Origin: Selaginella moellendorffii
Lineage: Eukaryota; Plantae; Lycopodiophyta
Assembly (NCBI RefSeq): GCF_000143415.4
Contig: NW_003314329.1
Location: 267,421-331,420, forward strand
DNA length: 64,000 nt
Reading direction: 5' to 3'
Shown: one piece after another, positions 13,501 to 24,814 of the stretch
How the letters are laid out: each line of letters starts with the position of its first letter
How positions within the stretch are numbered: position 1 is the stretch's first letter
The notes under the pieces: generated by a model
What the model saw: the letters and a program-made list of their open reading frames with translations, nothing else
What the model was told of the DNA's origin: nothing
Databases searched by the model: none
Made by a program: the position numbers and the translations under genes

Positions 13501-16254
13501 ATTACTCGAGCACTCTTGTTTTGCAGAATGTTGCCACTGGATATAGAAAGCTTTATATCAACATAATGAAGCCAAGAGGATTGTTTTTGGAAAGTTGGTG
13601 GTACTGGGTGGGAGTGGGCGTGCTGATCGGGTATATGCTCTTGTTCAACCTGGTTGTGATCCTTGCGTTTGCGTATCTAGATCGTAAGCATTCTCATTCT
13701 CGGTTTGGAGTGCTAAGTTAATTGATCTGGCGATTGTAACAGCGCTGGGGAAACCACAGGCTGTCATCCCAGAGGATCCTGTTGAGCCACCGTCACTTGA
13801 AGCTGCTGTTCCAGGTAGGGATCGACGCTTTCTCTTGCCATTATATCATCTCAGGTTTATTACTCGTACAGAAACAGCGACAAAGAGAACGTTTCGATCC
13901 GATGGGACTCCGGAAATGACCCTGGATGTGGCTGCACTGGAAAAAAGAGATTCAGGCAAGAAGAAAGGAATGATCTTGCCATTTCAGCCTTTGTCCTTGA
14001 CGTTTTTGAAGATGTGCTACTACGTCGATATGCCTGCTGTAAGTACGTGTTTTTTTTATCTCTTGCTCTCTGTTGAGCACTATTGTTTGTGGCTATCAGG
14101 AAATGAGAAGCCAGGGCCTGACTGACGCTCGACTACAGCTTCTTCGTAATGTGAGCGGTGCATTCAGGCCTGGTGTCTTGACTGCTCTTGTCGGTGTAAG
14201 CGGTGCGGGCAAGACGACGCTGATGGATGTTCTTGCTGGGAGAAAGACGGGTGGATATATAGAAGGTGATATACGAGTATCTGGCTACTCCAAAGTTCAG
14301 AAGACTTTCGCTCGTATTTCTGGATACGTGGAGCAGACGGACATTCACTCCCCTCAAGTGACCGTTTACGAGTCTTTACTGTATTCCTCGTGGCTACGGC
14401 TTCCACGAGAAGTGAACAAAACTACCAGATATGTAAGAGGGATTTTGTTTTTCGGATGGTTTTGTCTCATGTTGTTTTGGTTGCAGGCGTTTGTGGAAGA
14501 AATAATGTCCCTGGTGGAGCTGGATACGCTAAGAAATGCTCTGGTGGGCCTTCCAGGGAGCACCGGTCTCTCTACTGAGCAACGGAAAAGGCTGACCATT
14601 GCTGTGGAACTCGTGGCCAATCCTTCAATAATCTTTATGGATGAGCCCACATCCGGACTGGATGCTCGTGCTGCCGCGATAGTGATGAGGACAGTCCGAA
14701 ATACTGTTGATACAGGGCGCACTGTAGTTTGCACGATTCATCAGCCAAGTATTGACATCTTTGAGGCTTTCGACGAGCTCTTGCTGATGAAAAGAGGTGG
14801 TCGTGTCATCTACATGGGACCGCTCGGGGAGAACTCTCAAACGATGATTGATTATTTCATGGTATGCCTTGCATGCGCTTGTCAGAGGCTAACGCTTGCA
14901 TAAAATCCACAGACCGTTGAAGGCGTTCCAATTATTAAAGACGGATATAATCCTGCAACATGGATGCTTGAAGTAACTAGTCCTGCGGCAGAGGCGCGGC
15001 TGAAAAAGGACTTTGCTGACATTTACTCTGTTTCGGATTTACACAGGTACATCAGTCTTGTATATGATCAGTCTTTGATAAAATATGCATCATTTCTCTG
15101 CAGGGAAATAGAAGAGCTTATCGAGGAACTGAGTGTGCCACCACCTAGTTCCAGAGATCTCTCTTTTCCAACGGAGTATTCTCAGGATTCAATGACACAG
15201 TTTAAAGCATGCTTGTGGAAGCAAAACTTGACGTATTGGCGCAGCCCAAATTACAACGCTGTTCGATTTTTCTTTACTCTGATTTGTGCTTTGATTTTTG
15301 GCTCCGTTTTCTGGGACATAGGAAGCAAAAGGTACAGTCTTTGATTACAAGTCAACAAAGTTTTTCTAAACCATGTTCTTTTGCTCCCAGGGGTAGCCAA
15401 CAAGATCTGTTTAACGTCATGGGAGCTCTCTATGCAGCGGTGTTGTTTCTTGGGATCAATAACGCTTCAAGCGTACAACCGATTGTCTCCGTTGAGCGCA
15501 CGGTCTTTTATCGCGAAAGAGCGGCTGGAATGTACTCGCCTTTGCCGTATGCCTTCGCACAAGTAAGCACAAGTAATTTCTATCTTTTGCACTGAAGCTC
15601 GAGTGCTTCACAGGGTGCCATCGAGATCCCTTACCTTGTACTGCAAACTATCATTTACGGCCTCGTCACATACTCAATGATCCATTTTGAATGGACTGCC
15701 GGTACTGCTAGTGAGTATAAATTGGTGGCCTTGGAATAATGATGCGCTGTTTTTTGCAGCCAAATTCTTTTGGTATTTGCTCTTCATGTTTCTAACTTTC
15801 ACGTACTTCACGGTTTACGGGATGATGGCCATTGGCCTGACGCCGTCGCAGCAACTAGCAGCGGTCATCTCTTCTGCATTTTACTCCCTATGGAATCTTT
15901 TCTCCGGGTTTATCATACCACAGCCTGTGAGTATACATTTCGACACTCCACGGGAACTAATGCTTCTTTTTTCTACTCTGGCAGCTTATCCCTGGCTGGT
16001 GGGTCTGGTTCTACTGGATCAGTCCAATTGCCTGGACTCTATATGGCCTGATCGGCTCGCAGTTAGGGGACGTCAAGGAACGTATGACTGCACAAGGCTA
16101 TGGTACGATTCAGGTGGACGTTTTTTTGCGGCACTACTTCGGCTTCAGGCACGATTGGCTTGGATATTGCGTTGCTGTCCTTATTGCCTACATCGTGGTT
16201 TTCTGGTTTGGGTTTGCGTATTCCATCAAGTACATCAATTTCCAAAAGCGCTGA
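10595..16254 (+). CDS. Full-size ABCG / pleiotropic drug resistance transporter, more than 20 exons
   Basis: Two NBDs ([35 protein letters not shown]; [42 protein letters not shown]) and two TMDs; ends INFQKR-TGA at 16254. Confidence 0.95.
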
Positions 16255-16436
16255 CCCTGGTGCGTTTTAATACTTAGGTACCTAGTGTTCTGTGGGATCC
16301 GGGGAGGGAGGGGTGGGGGGGGGGGGGGGACATTTGGGAACGTTTGGCCTAAAAGGGCCGCTGTACAGCGCAGTTTGTTGTAAAGCAAAGCAATATTCAT
16401 CTCTGGGGCTGCCACTGGTGTAAGTAAGAAAGTAAG

Positions 16437-17752
16437 ATGCGAACCATAGTGTGGTCTTGTTCAGGAGGGCTGTTGAAGACGAAGAATGAGGTGCTGGAAA
16501 CGAGCACGAACCAGTCCATGTTCGTGTTTGGCCTTGGTTACACAGGGGTTGAACTTGGAAAGCAACTTCGTACCAGGGGATGGTTAGTGTTCTTGTTTGT
16601 TTCAAAGTTTTGTTTTTTACCAATACTCGTAAGACTAGCAGGACGGTTTCTGGGACTTGCCGCAGCGCGGAAAAGAGGAGGACGCTGGAAGAATGTTACG
16701 GAGTGGATGCTTACATTTTCGGCCCTGGTGTCAGTCTCGAGTAAGAACCATGTCTTTTTCGCCTGAACTGAACTTCGGTGTCGTTCCCCAGCAACGGTGG
16801 CTTGGAGGCATTATACCAAGCAACTCATCTCGTCAGCTGTGTGCCTCCGGACCCGGATACACTGACAGACACGGTACGTTTTGGGGATTGATGCATTTGA
16901 GTATGTCGTTGCTCGCAGGTCTTGAAAATGCACTTGGAGGACATAGAAGCTCGGTGTCGTGCACTTCGCTGGATTGGATACATATCTTCCACTGGTATAT
17001 TGGTTTTGTGACTGTAAGCTTTGTGATTGACTCACTTACGTTTTGGAGGAGTATATGGCGATCACCGAGGCGGCTGGGTGGACGAAAGGTCAGTATTTTC
17101 TAAAAGAAAGCTTCTGTTTTATAACTAAACCAACAAAGCAATTGCAGCACGCAGGCGAAGCCAGTGGATCGAAAGTCAAAAGCGAGGGTTGCCGCCGAGA
17201 ACTCGTGGCTAGAGCTTCAGCACAGTAATGCGTCAGTGCAAATTTTCCGAGCTGGTGGAATCTATGGTCCTGGTCGGAGGTAATGCGATATTGTTCAATC
17301 TGAGTTAGTGGTTTTTTTTGTTTCCTTTCCAGCGTCCTGGATACTTTACAAGGCGCTAGGCAACTAAGAGTGAGTGAAGCGAGGCATTCCCGTCGCTTCA
17401 CCTCGAGAGTCCACGTCTCGGACGTGTGCCAGGTCCTGATGGCGAGCATGGAGTCACCACATTCCGGGTAACTCAAAACCGGTTGTCAATCCAACTCTAA
17501 CTTGGTAGCAAACGCAGGAGAATCTACAACGTCGTCGACGACGATCCGGCCCCGAGATCTGAGGTTGCGGCCTTTGGAATGGAGCTCCTGGGAATGGAAC
17601 TTAAGGAAGAATCGCCAGGAAATGGAGATGGAGGAAGCGCGGCGGCGGAGAAGCGCGTGATGAACAAGAGGATCAAGGAAGAACTGGGAGTGGAGCTCAT
17701 GTTTCCGTCGTACAGGGAGGGTCTGGCTGCCGTGGTACGGGCGGACAGCTAG
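16437..17752 (+). CDS. NAD(P)-binding Rossmann-fold epimerase/dehydratase (YeeZ-like), multi-exon; start uncertain
   Basis: MFVFGLGYTG, YLSSTG..VYGD, FRAGGIYGPG, TSRVHVSDVC, YNVVDDDP and EKRVMNKRIKEELG..FPSYREGL motifs. Confidence 0.85.
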
Positions 17753-18040
17753 CCAGCCAGCCGGCAACGCACTGCCACGCGTACAGTTAAGGACCATCCA
17801 GTTTAAGTTAGCACTAATTAATTCGCCCTTTTTCTTTGCTAAAGAGATTTCCTCTCTCGCGTTTCGCCGGCGCCGTGGAGAGGCGGCGGGGATGGCGCCA
17901 CTGTGATCTCCAACGCCCGGTCGCGCGATCCAGCAGCTCCGGCACAGGATTCTATCGCCGTGCATTGTGATGCGCGGCGGATCTACGAGTTTGTAGCGCA
18001 TGCACGATTGGCATCGGGGAATCGGCCCTGGCGAGGTTCC

Positions 18041-19575
18041 ATGGATGCTTTTCCAGTGTCGAGGATCAGCTCCGCGAGCACGGCATCGACGTCGTCGTAT
18101 CGCTTCTTCCATGGATCGGCAGAGCTGAGGTATTTGTTTCCAAGGTCGAGGATCGCGGCGAGGAGTAGCCTCCAGGAGGCAACCAAGGCGGATGAATTGG
18201 CGATCAACGGGACGCGCCTGGAATCCTCCAAGCTGAACGGAAATCCCGGCCAGGAGTTGCAAAAGGGCGGCGCTTCCTCGCTCAACACGGTGCTGGCAGC
18301 CATAGCAGCGCTCCTGGTGGCATCGCCTCGGCCTTACAGTCTGGCGCTGGAATCTCCAAGGCAGGGCAGGCTCGTGGAAGGGAGGCTCGTCTATCGCCAG
18401 ACCTTCGTCATTCGATCGTATGAAGTCGGGGTGGACAAGACGGCCTCCATAGAAACACTCATGAACCATTTCCAGGTGAGTGAGCTCTCTCAGTGCTCCT
18501 CTTCGTAAGCTCTGGACAAGTGATCACAGAGTTTCTAGTGATGGTTTTCCAGGAGGTTGCGTTAAACCACGTCTGGATGTCCGGGCTTGCTGGAGATGGA
18601 TTTGGAGCAACGCATGCAATGATCCGGCACCGATTGATATGGGTGGTGTCGAGAGTGCATGTCCAAGTAGAGCGCTACGCTTCATGGTATGCTCACTTTC
18701 TTCTTTTGTTCCAGACTTTGTGACGATCTTTGTGGATCTTTGTAGGGGCGATGCGATTGAGATAGATACTTGGGTGGACGCGTCGGGTAAAAATGGCATG
18801 CGCAGGGACTGGCTCATGCGAGATTACAAGTCGGGCCAGATTTTGGCCAGAGCAACAAGGTGTGCTGTGTGAGATTTTGATTGTGATGGAAACATTGATG
18901 AGCTTGTTCTTGCAGCACCTGGGTGGTGATGAATCAGACGACGAGGAGGCTTTCTAAGATGCCCGACGACGTCCGGGAGGAAATAACTCCATTCTATCTC
19001 CAAAGACGCGCCATTGTCAGAAACGTCTCGCACAAAATCACCAAGGTCGATGGCGCTACACAGTTTGCCCGCTCGGGTTTGACAGTGAGTATCCATCTCA
19101 CTTTCCTTTCTCTTTCCTGCGCTTTTTTTAAAGTATCATCTTTGCATTTGCAGCCAAGGCATGGAGACTTGGACATGAACCAGCACGTGAACAACGTAAA
19201 GTACATCGGATGGATGCTCGAGGTGAGATTTAAAAGATTTTAAAGTAGAAGCCGCGGTCTCTCTAACTCGCTCGGGTTGTGTAGAGCGTGCCTCTCTCTA
19301 TTGTTCAAGACCACGAAGTATCGAGCTTAACTTTGGAGTACCGGCGAGAATGCGGCCAGAATGACGTTGTAGAGTCGATGACCTGGGTACAACATGCAGA
19401 TTGCTTGATCGCGGACGACAATTTGGAAACGAAGACAGCGAACTTTGGCGGAAGTGGCGAGGAGACTGTGGAGCAGCCGCCGTGCCTGCTTCACCTCTTG
19501 CGATTGCAGAGTGACGGCTCAGAACTCGTAAGAGGGAAGACCGTGTGGCGGAGGAAGAAAAATCGAGAAGCCTGA
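18041..19575 (+). CDS. FATB: Plastid acyl-ACP thioesterase (FatB-like), multi-exon
   Basis: Transit-like N-terminus; YRQTFVIRSYEVG.DKTASIETLMNHFQE, GDGFGAT, GKNGMRRDW, DLDMNQHVNNVKYIGW and LEYRRECG motifs. Confidence 0.9.
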
Positions 19576-19627
19576 TGCGTTTGTTCTTCTTTCACGTAGC
19601 CAAAATAAGAAAGAGAGATTTTTGGTT

Positions 19628-21163
19628 CTATCTCCGACTCTCTTCTCTCCTTTGGAGATCGAGGAAGATGTCCTCCATGTCTGGTGAAGCTTTGAGTTTC
19701 TTGAGAGCGAGCTGTCCGCAAGCTCCATCGATGTCCTGTCCCATTTCCTGGCGGACGGTCGTGCGGATCCCAAACTCTTCTCGGACGATCTTCTGGAAGT
19801 GGTGCACGCGATCCGCCGGAGTCGCCCTGTAGTCGCCAACCACAAAAGTGTGGTTGTAAGGGATGAGATTGAGCACCTGCAAAGCCAGCCATGAAATCTC
19901 AATCTCTGGGACGAGAAACCAACCTGGAGAACTTACAACTTTACGGTCTCGCAGCAGGCACCCGAGCTGACGAGCGTCTTGAGAGGAATCGTTGACATCT
20001 TGCAACATCACGTACTCGATGAAGAGCGTGCGATTGCTGCACGGGAGAGAGTGAGTACTCACACAACTGGAGCTTCGAGCTGGAGCTCACCTTGATGCTT
20101 GATACGCATCCACGGCGGCCATGAGCTTGTCAAGCGTGAAGGCCCGGGAGGCTGGTACGATCTGGCAGCGCAGTGCTTGAGTGGGAGCGTGGAGTGACAG
20201 CGCCAGGTTCACGCCAGGGAGATCGCCTGCTAGCGAGAGTATCCGAGGCACAATTCCCACCTGGAAGGAAAAGATGGAGGCGCTGAAACAAGAGTTTTGT
20301 TTGAGACTTCTTACAGTGGAGATGGTGATACGACTTGGCGACAGGCCAAAGCAGCGTCCAGTGAGTGTTTGCACGGCTTGCACCACCGAGTTATAGTTGT
20401 TAAGAGGCTCTCCCATCCCCTGCTCAATGAAGAAACAGTGCGTGAGATCTGATAGGACTCCATGGAGGAAACGCACCATGAAAACAATGTTCCTGATGGG
20501 GCTCATCCTTGATGCGTGAACATACTGCTCCACAATCTCTCCCGCGGTCAGGTTGGCCACGAAGCCCATCGTCCCAGTCGCGCAGAAGCTACAGCCCATC
20601 TTGCAGCCCACCTAGAAGTTGAAGAACTTTGAGTAGAATCACTTAAAAAAACCAAAGGCGAGATCGAGTCACTCACTTGAGACGAGACGCAAAGCGTCGC
20701 ACGATCAGATCCAGGTCTCGGGCCCCCGGCGTACTTCCCAGCTCCACCGTGATGCCGCATGATCACTGTCTCCACAGATTGGCCACTCTGTTCTAAGCAC
20801 ACGAGAACAAGCATGAGATAGAAGGAAGAACAACGTAAAAAAACTTTACTTGGAGCTGGAGGAGGAGCTTCGTGGTACTGCCGTTCGCGGAGGTGGAGTG
20901 AGCGGCCAATGTGGACGTGAGCGCCTTAAATCTAGTACGCAGCAGTGGATAGAGCGCGCCAGGAAGCCCCGGTACCTGGTGCAATGCCGCGTTTGGGTGA
21001 TCCATGACATGCCTGGGCACGAACGAGACGATTGAGCGATCGATCGATCCATTCGCGATGGAGATTGTTACCTCCAGATGGTGTAGACGTGTAGCGGCTT
21101 GATGCCATGGCGCTGGAGCTCCGCCTTGAGAATCCCCTCGTCGAAAATGGAGCTGAGAGACAT
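19628..21163 (-). CDS. RlmN/Cfr-family radical SAM RNA methyltransferase, multi-exon
   Basis: CVSSQVGCKMGCSFCATG (CxxxCxxC), FMGMGEPLNN, LSLHAP and GQDIDGACGQL; start MSLSSIFDEGILK at 21163. Confidence 0.93.
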
Positions 21164-21182
21164 TGTCCCCTGTTTCTTGGAT

Positions 21183-21200
21183 AAACCCTAATTAGGGTTT
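21183..21200. promoter_or_regulatory. Palindromic pair of telo-boxes (AAACCCTAATTAGGGTTT) in the bidirectional RlmN/COG5 spacer
   Basis: Perfect 18-bp palindrome made of two inverted AAACCCTAA motifs between divergent ATGs. Confidence 0.7.
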
Positions 21201-21215
21201 GTGGTGGGAGTGACA

Positions 21216-23790
21216 ATGCCGATCCAGCAGGGTACGCCCAGGATGCGATCTGCCTCGTTTCGAGATCGCGAGCACGAGGAGGAGGATGCTGGCGGCGCCG
21301 AGGTGGATGCATTGGCCGAGATGGCCCGGGATCCGGTGCTGTGCAGGTTTGTGTCGGAGGATTTCAACGCGACGCAGTTCGCGAGCGATGCGCTGCGCAG
21401 TGGCTCGGCCGCGGCGTCGGCCGAGAAGGTGGAGCAGGGCATGGCGCTGCTGGAGAAGCAGCTGAGGCGGGAGGTCGTACTGCGGCACAGTGAGCTCGTC
21501 CAGCAGCTGAGCAGCGTCAAGGACATGGAGGGCGCGCTGGGCGTGGTGAAGATCGGGGTGGGGAGCCTGGAGAATTCCGTGCGCCGGGTGAGATCCGAGG
21601 TAGCGGAGCCATACAAGAGCATTCGATCCAAGTCCACGCAGCTCTCTTCCCTCCACACCACCGTGGAGCTCTTGCGCGCCGTGGTGCGCGTGCTCAAGCA
21701 GCTCAAGCGCCTCCGCGAGCTCGTCGTCGATTCCTCCAAGCCAACCGATCTCTCCAAGGCCGCGCAGCTGTGGAGCGAGATCGATGGGCTCCGCAGTGAC
21801 GCTGATCTCTCCGGGATCGAGGTGGTGGACTCGGAGCTGGCCTGGCTCAAGGAGGCTGGCACCAAGATCCGGAGCGAGGCCATGCGGAGCCTGGAAGCTG
21901 GCATGAAAGCGTTCAACCAAGCTCAAGTTGGTGCCGCGCTCCAAGTCTACTTCAACCTCGGGGAGCTCCGGCCGACGGTGGAGAGCGTGATCCAGAAGTA
22001 TAAGAGCCAGGCGGTCAAGAGCATTGCGAGTGCTCTCGACATGAAGGCCATCTCCGCGAGCGTGGCGGCGGCGGCCACAGGCCCAGCGGGGCCAGGGGGA
22101 GCTCACAGGAGTGGGACGCCGCAGCTGGGAGCTGGATCCAGGGCCAGGGATGGGTTGTGGCAGAGACTTGGGCAATGCATGGAGCAGCTTCACTCCATCT
22201 TGGTGGCGGTGTGGCACTTGGAGCGAGTCATGATCAAGAAGAGGGATCCGGTTTCTCACGCCAGCTTCATCGATGAAGTTGTCCAGGTAGAGCAAAGCTT
22301 TGCTTGCTCGCAAGGTTCTTCTTAGTTTTTGTGACTGAACACGAATGTGTGGCTTTGCAGGCTGGAGATGCCTCGCTGACCGAGAGGGTGTGGGAGGCTA
22401 TTGTCAAGGCATTTGCCAGCCAGATGAAGTCGGCGTTCACTTCATCGAGCTTTGTCAAGGAGATCTTCGTGCTGGGATATCCCAAGCTGCTCGGGGTGGC
22501 GGACAACTTTCTCCAGAGGCTTGTCCGCGACACGGAAGTTAAAGGTGCGTCCCCGGCGATCAAGGACGCGGACAGGCAGCAGCTTGTGACGACGCTGGAA
22601 CCGTTCCAGAATGCGTACCTTGGCCAGACTCTTGCACGACTCACGGACCTTGTCAACAACATGTTTGCTTCGTCCACTCTCCTTCGCCTTCCGACTTCAG
22701 AGGAGCCGATTGCGAAGCTGGTGGCACGGATCCAGGAGGAGGTTGAGGCTGCAAAGCTGGATGCCAGGTTGACGCTCATGGTGCTTAAAGAAGTTGGGAA
22801 GTCTGTGCAACTCTTCGCTGAAAAAGCCGAGTACCAGGTGAGCTTGTTCTTCCGCCTTTCCTTGTCTTAGGCTCACTTGGGCTGTTCTATCAGCTTGCAA
22901 CAGGTCCTGATGCTCGTCAGGTGACCGGTCCAGCCACGCCATCGCAGCTCAAGAACTTTGCGCTGTGCCATCACTTGCAAGACGTCCATCACAGATTGAG
23001 CTCAATGCTGACAGGCCTATCGCCATCCGCCGCTGACATCCTCTCTCCGTCGCTCGGGGCTGTCTACGGCGTGGCAGTGGACACGGTGAATCCGCTGTTC
23101 AAGGCGATGGCGGAGAGACTGGAGAAGAGTATCCTAGAGATGCAAGGCCTGGACTTCAACTCGGATATGACAGTGGACGACGAGAGGCCCAAGTACATGC
23201 AGGAGATCCAAGAGGCCGCGACTCACTTCAGGTCCGAGTTCCTGTCCAAGCTCTTGACAGGCTCTAGCTCCGGGAATCCCAAGTCGGTGTCGATCAACTT
23301 CGTGAGGAAGATGGCTTCCAGGGTGCTCGTCCTGTTCGTGAGACACGCTGCCCTGGTGAGACCGCTATCGGAGGCTGGCAAGCTGAGCATGGCGAGAGAC
23401 ATGGCAGAGTTGGAGCTCCTTGTGGCACAGAACCTCTTTCCCGTGGAGCAACTTGGTGCTCCATACCGAGCGCTGCGGGCATTCAGGCCTTTCATCTTCC
23501 TGGAGACGAACCAGATCGCGAGCAGCCCACTGCTGCAGGAGCTGCCGGCGAGTGTGGTGTTTCACCATCTCTACAGCCGGGCGCCGGACGAGCTCGAGTC
23601 CCCGATGAAGAGATCCAAGCTCTCGGCGTCGCAGTACTCGCTGTGGCTGGACACGCACAGCGAACAAGACGTGTGGAAAGAAGTGAAGGGAACGCTGGAC
23701 GATTACGCGGCCAAGGTGAGAGCTCGCGGCGACAAGCAATTCACTCCCATTTATCCTCTCATGCTCCAGCTCGGCTCGTCGCTCCTGTGA
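21216..23790 (+). CDS. COG5: Conserved oligomeric Golgi complex subunit 5, 3 exons
   Basis: FNATQFASDAL, LQVYFNLGEL, VWHLERV..KKRDPVSH, GYPKLL, RHAALVRPLSEAGKL and LGAPYRALRAFRP match COG5. Confidence 0.92.
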
Positions 23791-23876
23791 GCGAGAGGAG
23801 AGAGAGAGAGAGCCGATTTTCAAGATGAGGAGAATATACTCTGTTCAACGGCCTCGATTAAAACTCCATTGAGGAT

Positions 23877-23902
23877 TTTAGGTTTAGGGTTTAGGGTTAG
23901 GG
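23877..23902. promoter_or_regulatory. Telo-box / telomere-like array upstream of RPL9
   Basis: TTTAGG-TTTAGGG-TTTAGGG-TTAGGG about 45 bp before the RPL9 ATG; telo-boxes are typical of plant ribosomal protein promoters. Confidence 0.75.
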
Positions 23903-23945
23903 CAGGCCGTCTTGCATTCTTGGGAAGGAGCGAGGGAGGAGCGCC

Positions 23946-24671
23946 ATGAAGACGATCCTGTCCTCGCAGACGATGGACATCCCCGAGGGGGTGAAGGTGG
24001 AGATCAGGGCGAAGCAGATCCGCGTGTCGGGGCCCCGCGGCGTTCTCCTCCGGAATTTCAAGCATCTCAACCTGGATTTCCAGATGCTGGAGAATGGGAG
24101 GAAGCTCAAGGTGGAGGCCTGGTTCGGATCGCGCAAGACCATCGCTGCCATCCGCACTGCCGTGAGCCACGTCAAGAATCTCATCACGGGAGTGACCAAG
24201 GGCTTCCAGTACAAGATGAGGTTCGTCTACGCTCACTTCCCCATCAACGCCAACATCTCGGCCACCAAGCAGAACATCGAGATCCGCAACTTTCTGGGCG
24301 AGAAGAGAGTGAGTGTTTTCTTCCGGATTTCTTCCTGCTGGGCTTGACACCACCACCGCCATTGCTTGTGCTTGTTTTCCAGGTGAGAACCGTGGACATG
24401 CTCCCCGGCGTCACAGTGACCAGGACAGAGAAGGTCAAGGACGAGCTTGTTCTCGAGGGGAATGACATCGAGCTTGTCTCGAGATCCGCTGCTCTCATCA
24501 ACCAGGTATGAGATGAGAGAAGAAGCAAATCTCAGTTTTTCAGATCTATCTCGTGGTGATGTTTCTTTTTTTTTTTGCTGCCAGAAATGCCATGTGAAGA
24601 ACAAGGACATCAGGAAGTTCTTGGATGGTATCTACGTGAGCGAGAAGGGGACGATCGCGGAGGAAGAGTAG
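23946..24671 (+). CDS. RPL9: 60S ribosomal protein L9 (uL6), 3 exons
   Basis: [37 protein letters not shown] and [18 protein letters not shown]. Confidence 0.97.
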
Positions 24672-24814
24672 CTTATGGTATGAGGACGTGTTTTCCCTTA
24701 TGTTTCGTTTTTTTGGAAGCCAATCGAAGACTGATTGATTAAATATCTAGAAAACTTTCCAAAACTTGAGAAAAGATCTAACTACTCTTAAGAACCGAGG
24801 CCGCTTGGCCGGAG

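Noticed and set aside
10595-19575. ABCG + epimerase + FatB as a cuticle-lipid cluster
   Set aside because: Plausible only by theme; these are widespread genes in a gene-dense region with no further pathway enzymes.
19628-21163. RlmN/Cfr-like gene as a bacterial horizontal transfer or resistance gene
   Set aside because: It has multiple spliceosomal introns, and RlmN-like genes are normal in plants.
21192-22313. Long antisense ORFs opposite COG5 (also opposite GATL at 3170-3979 and FatB/epimerase at 17486-18469)
   Set aside because: Shadow ORFs expected from GC-rich codon usage; the opposite strand encodes recognisable proteins.
23877-23902. Interstitial telomere or chromosome fusion scar
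   Set aside because: Only about four units, positioned as a standard telo-box before a ribosomal protein gene.
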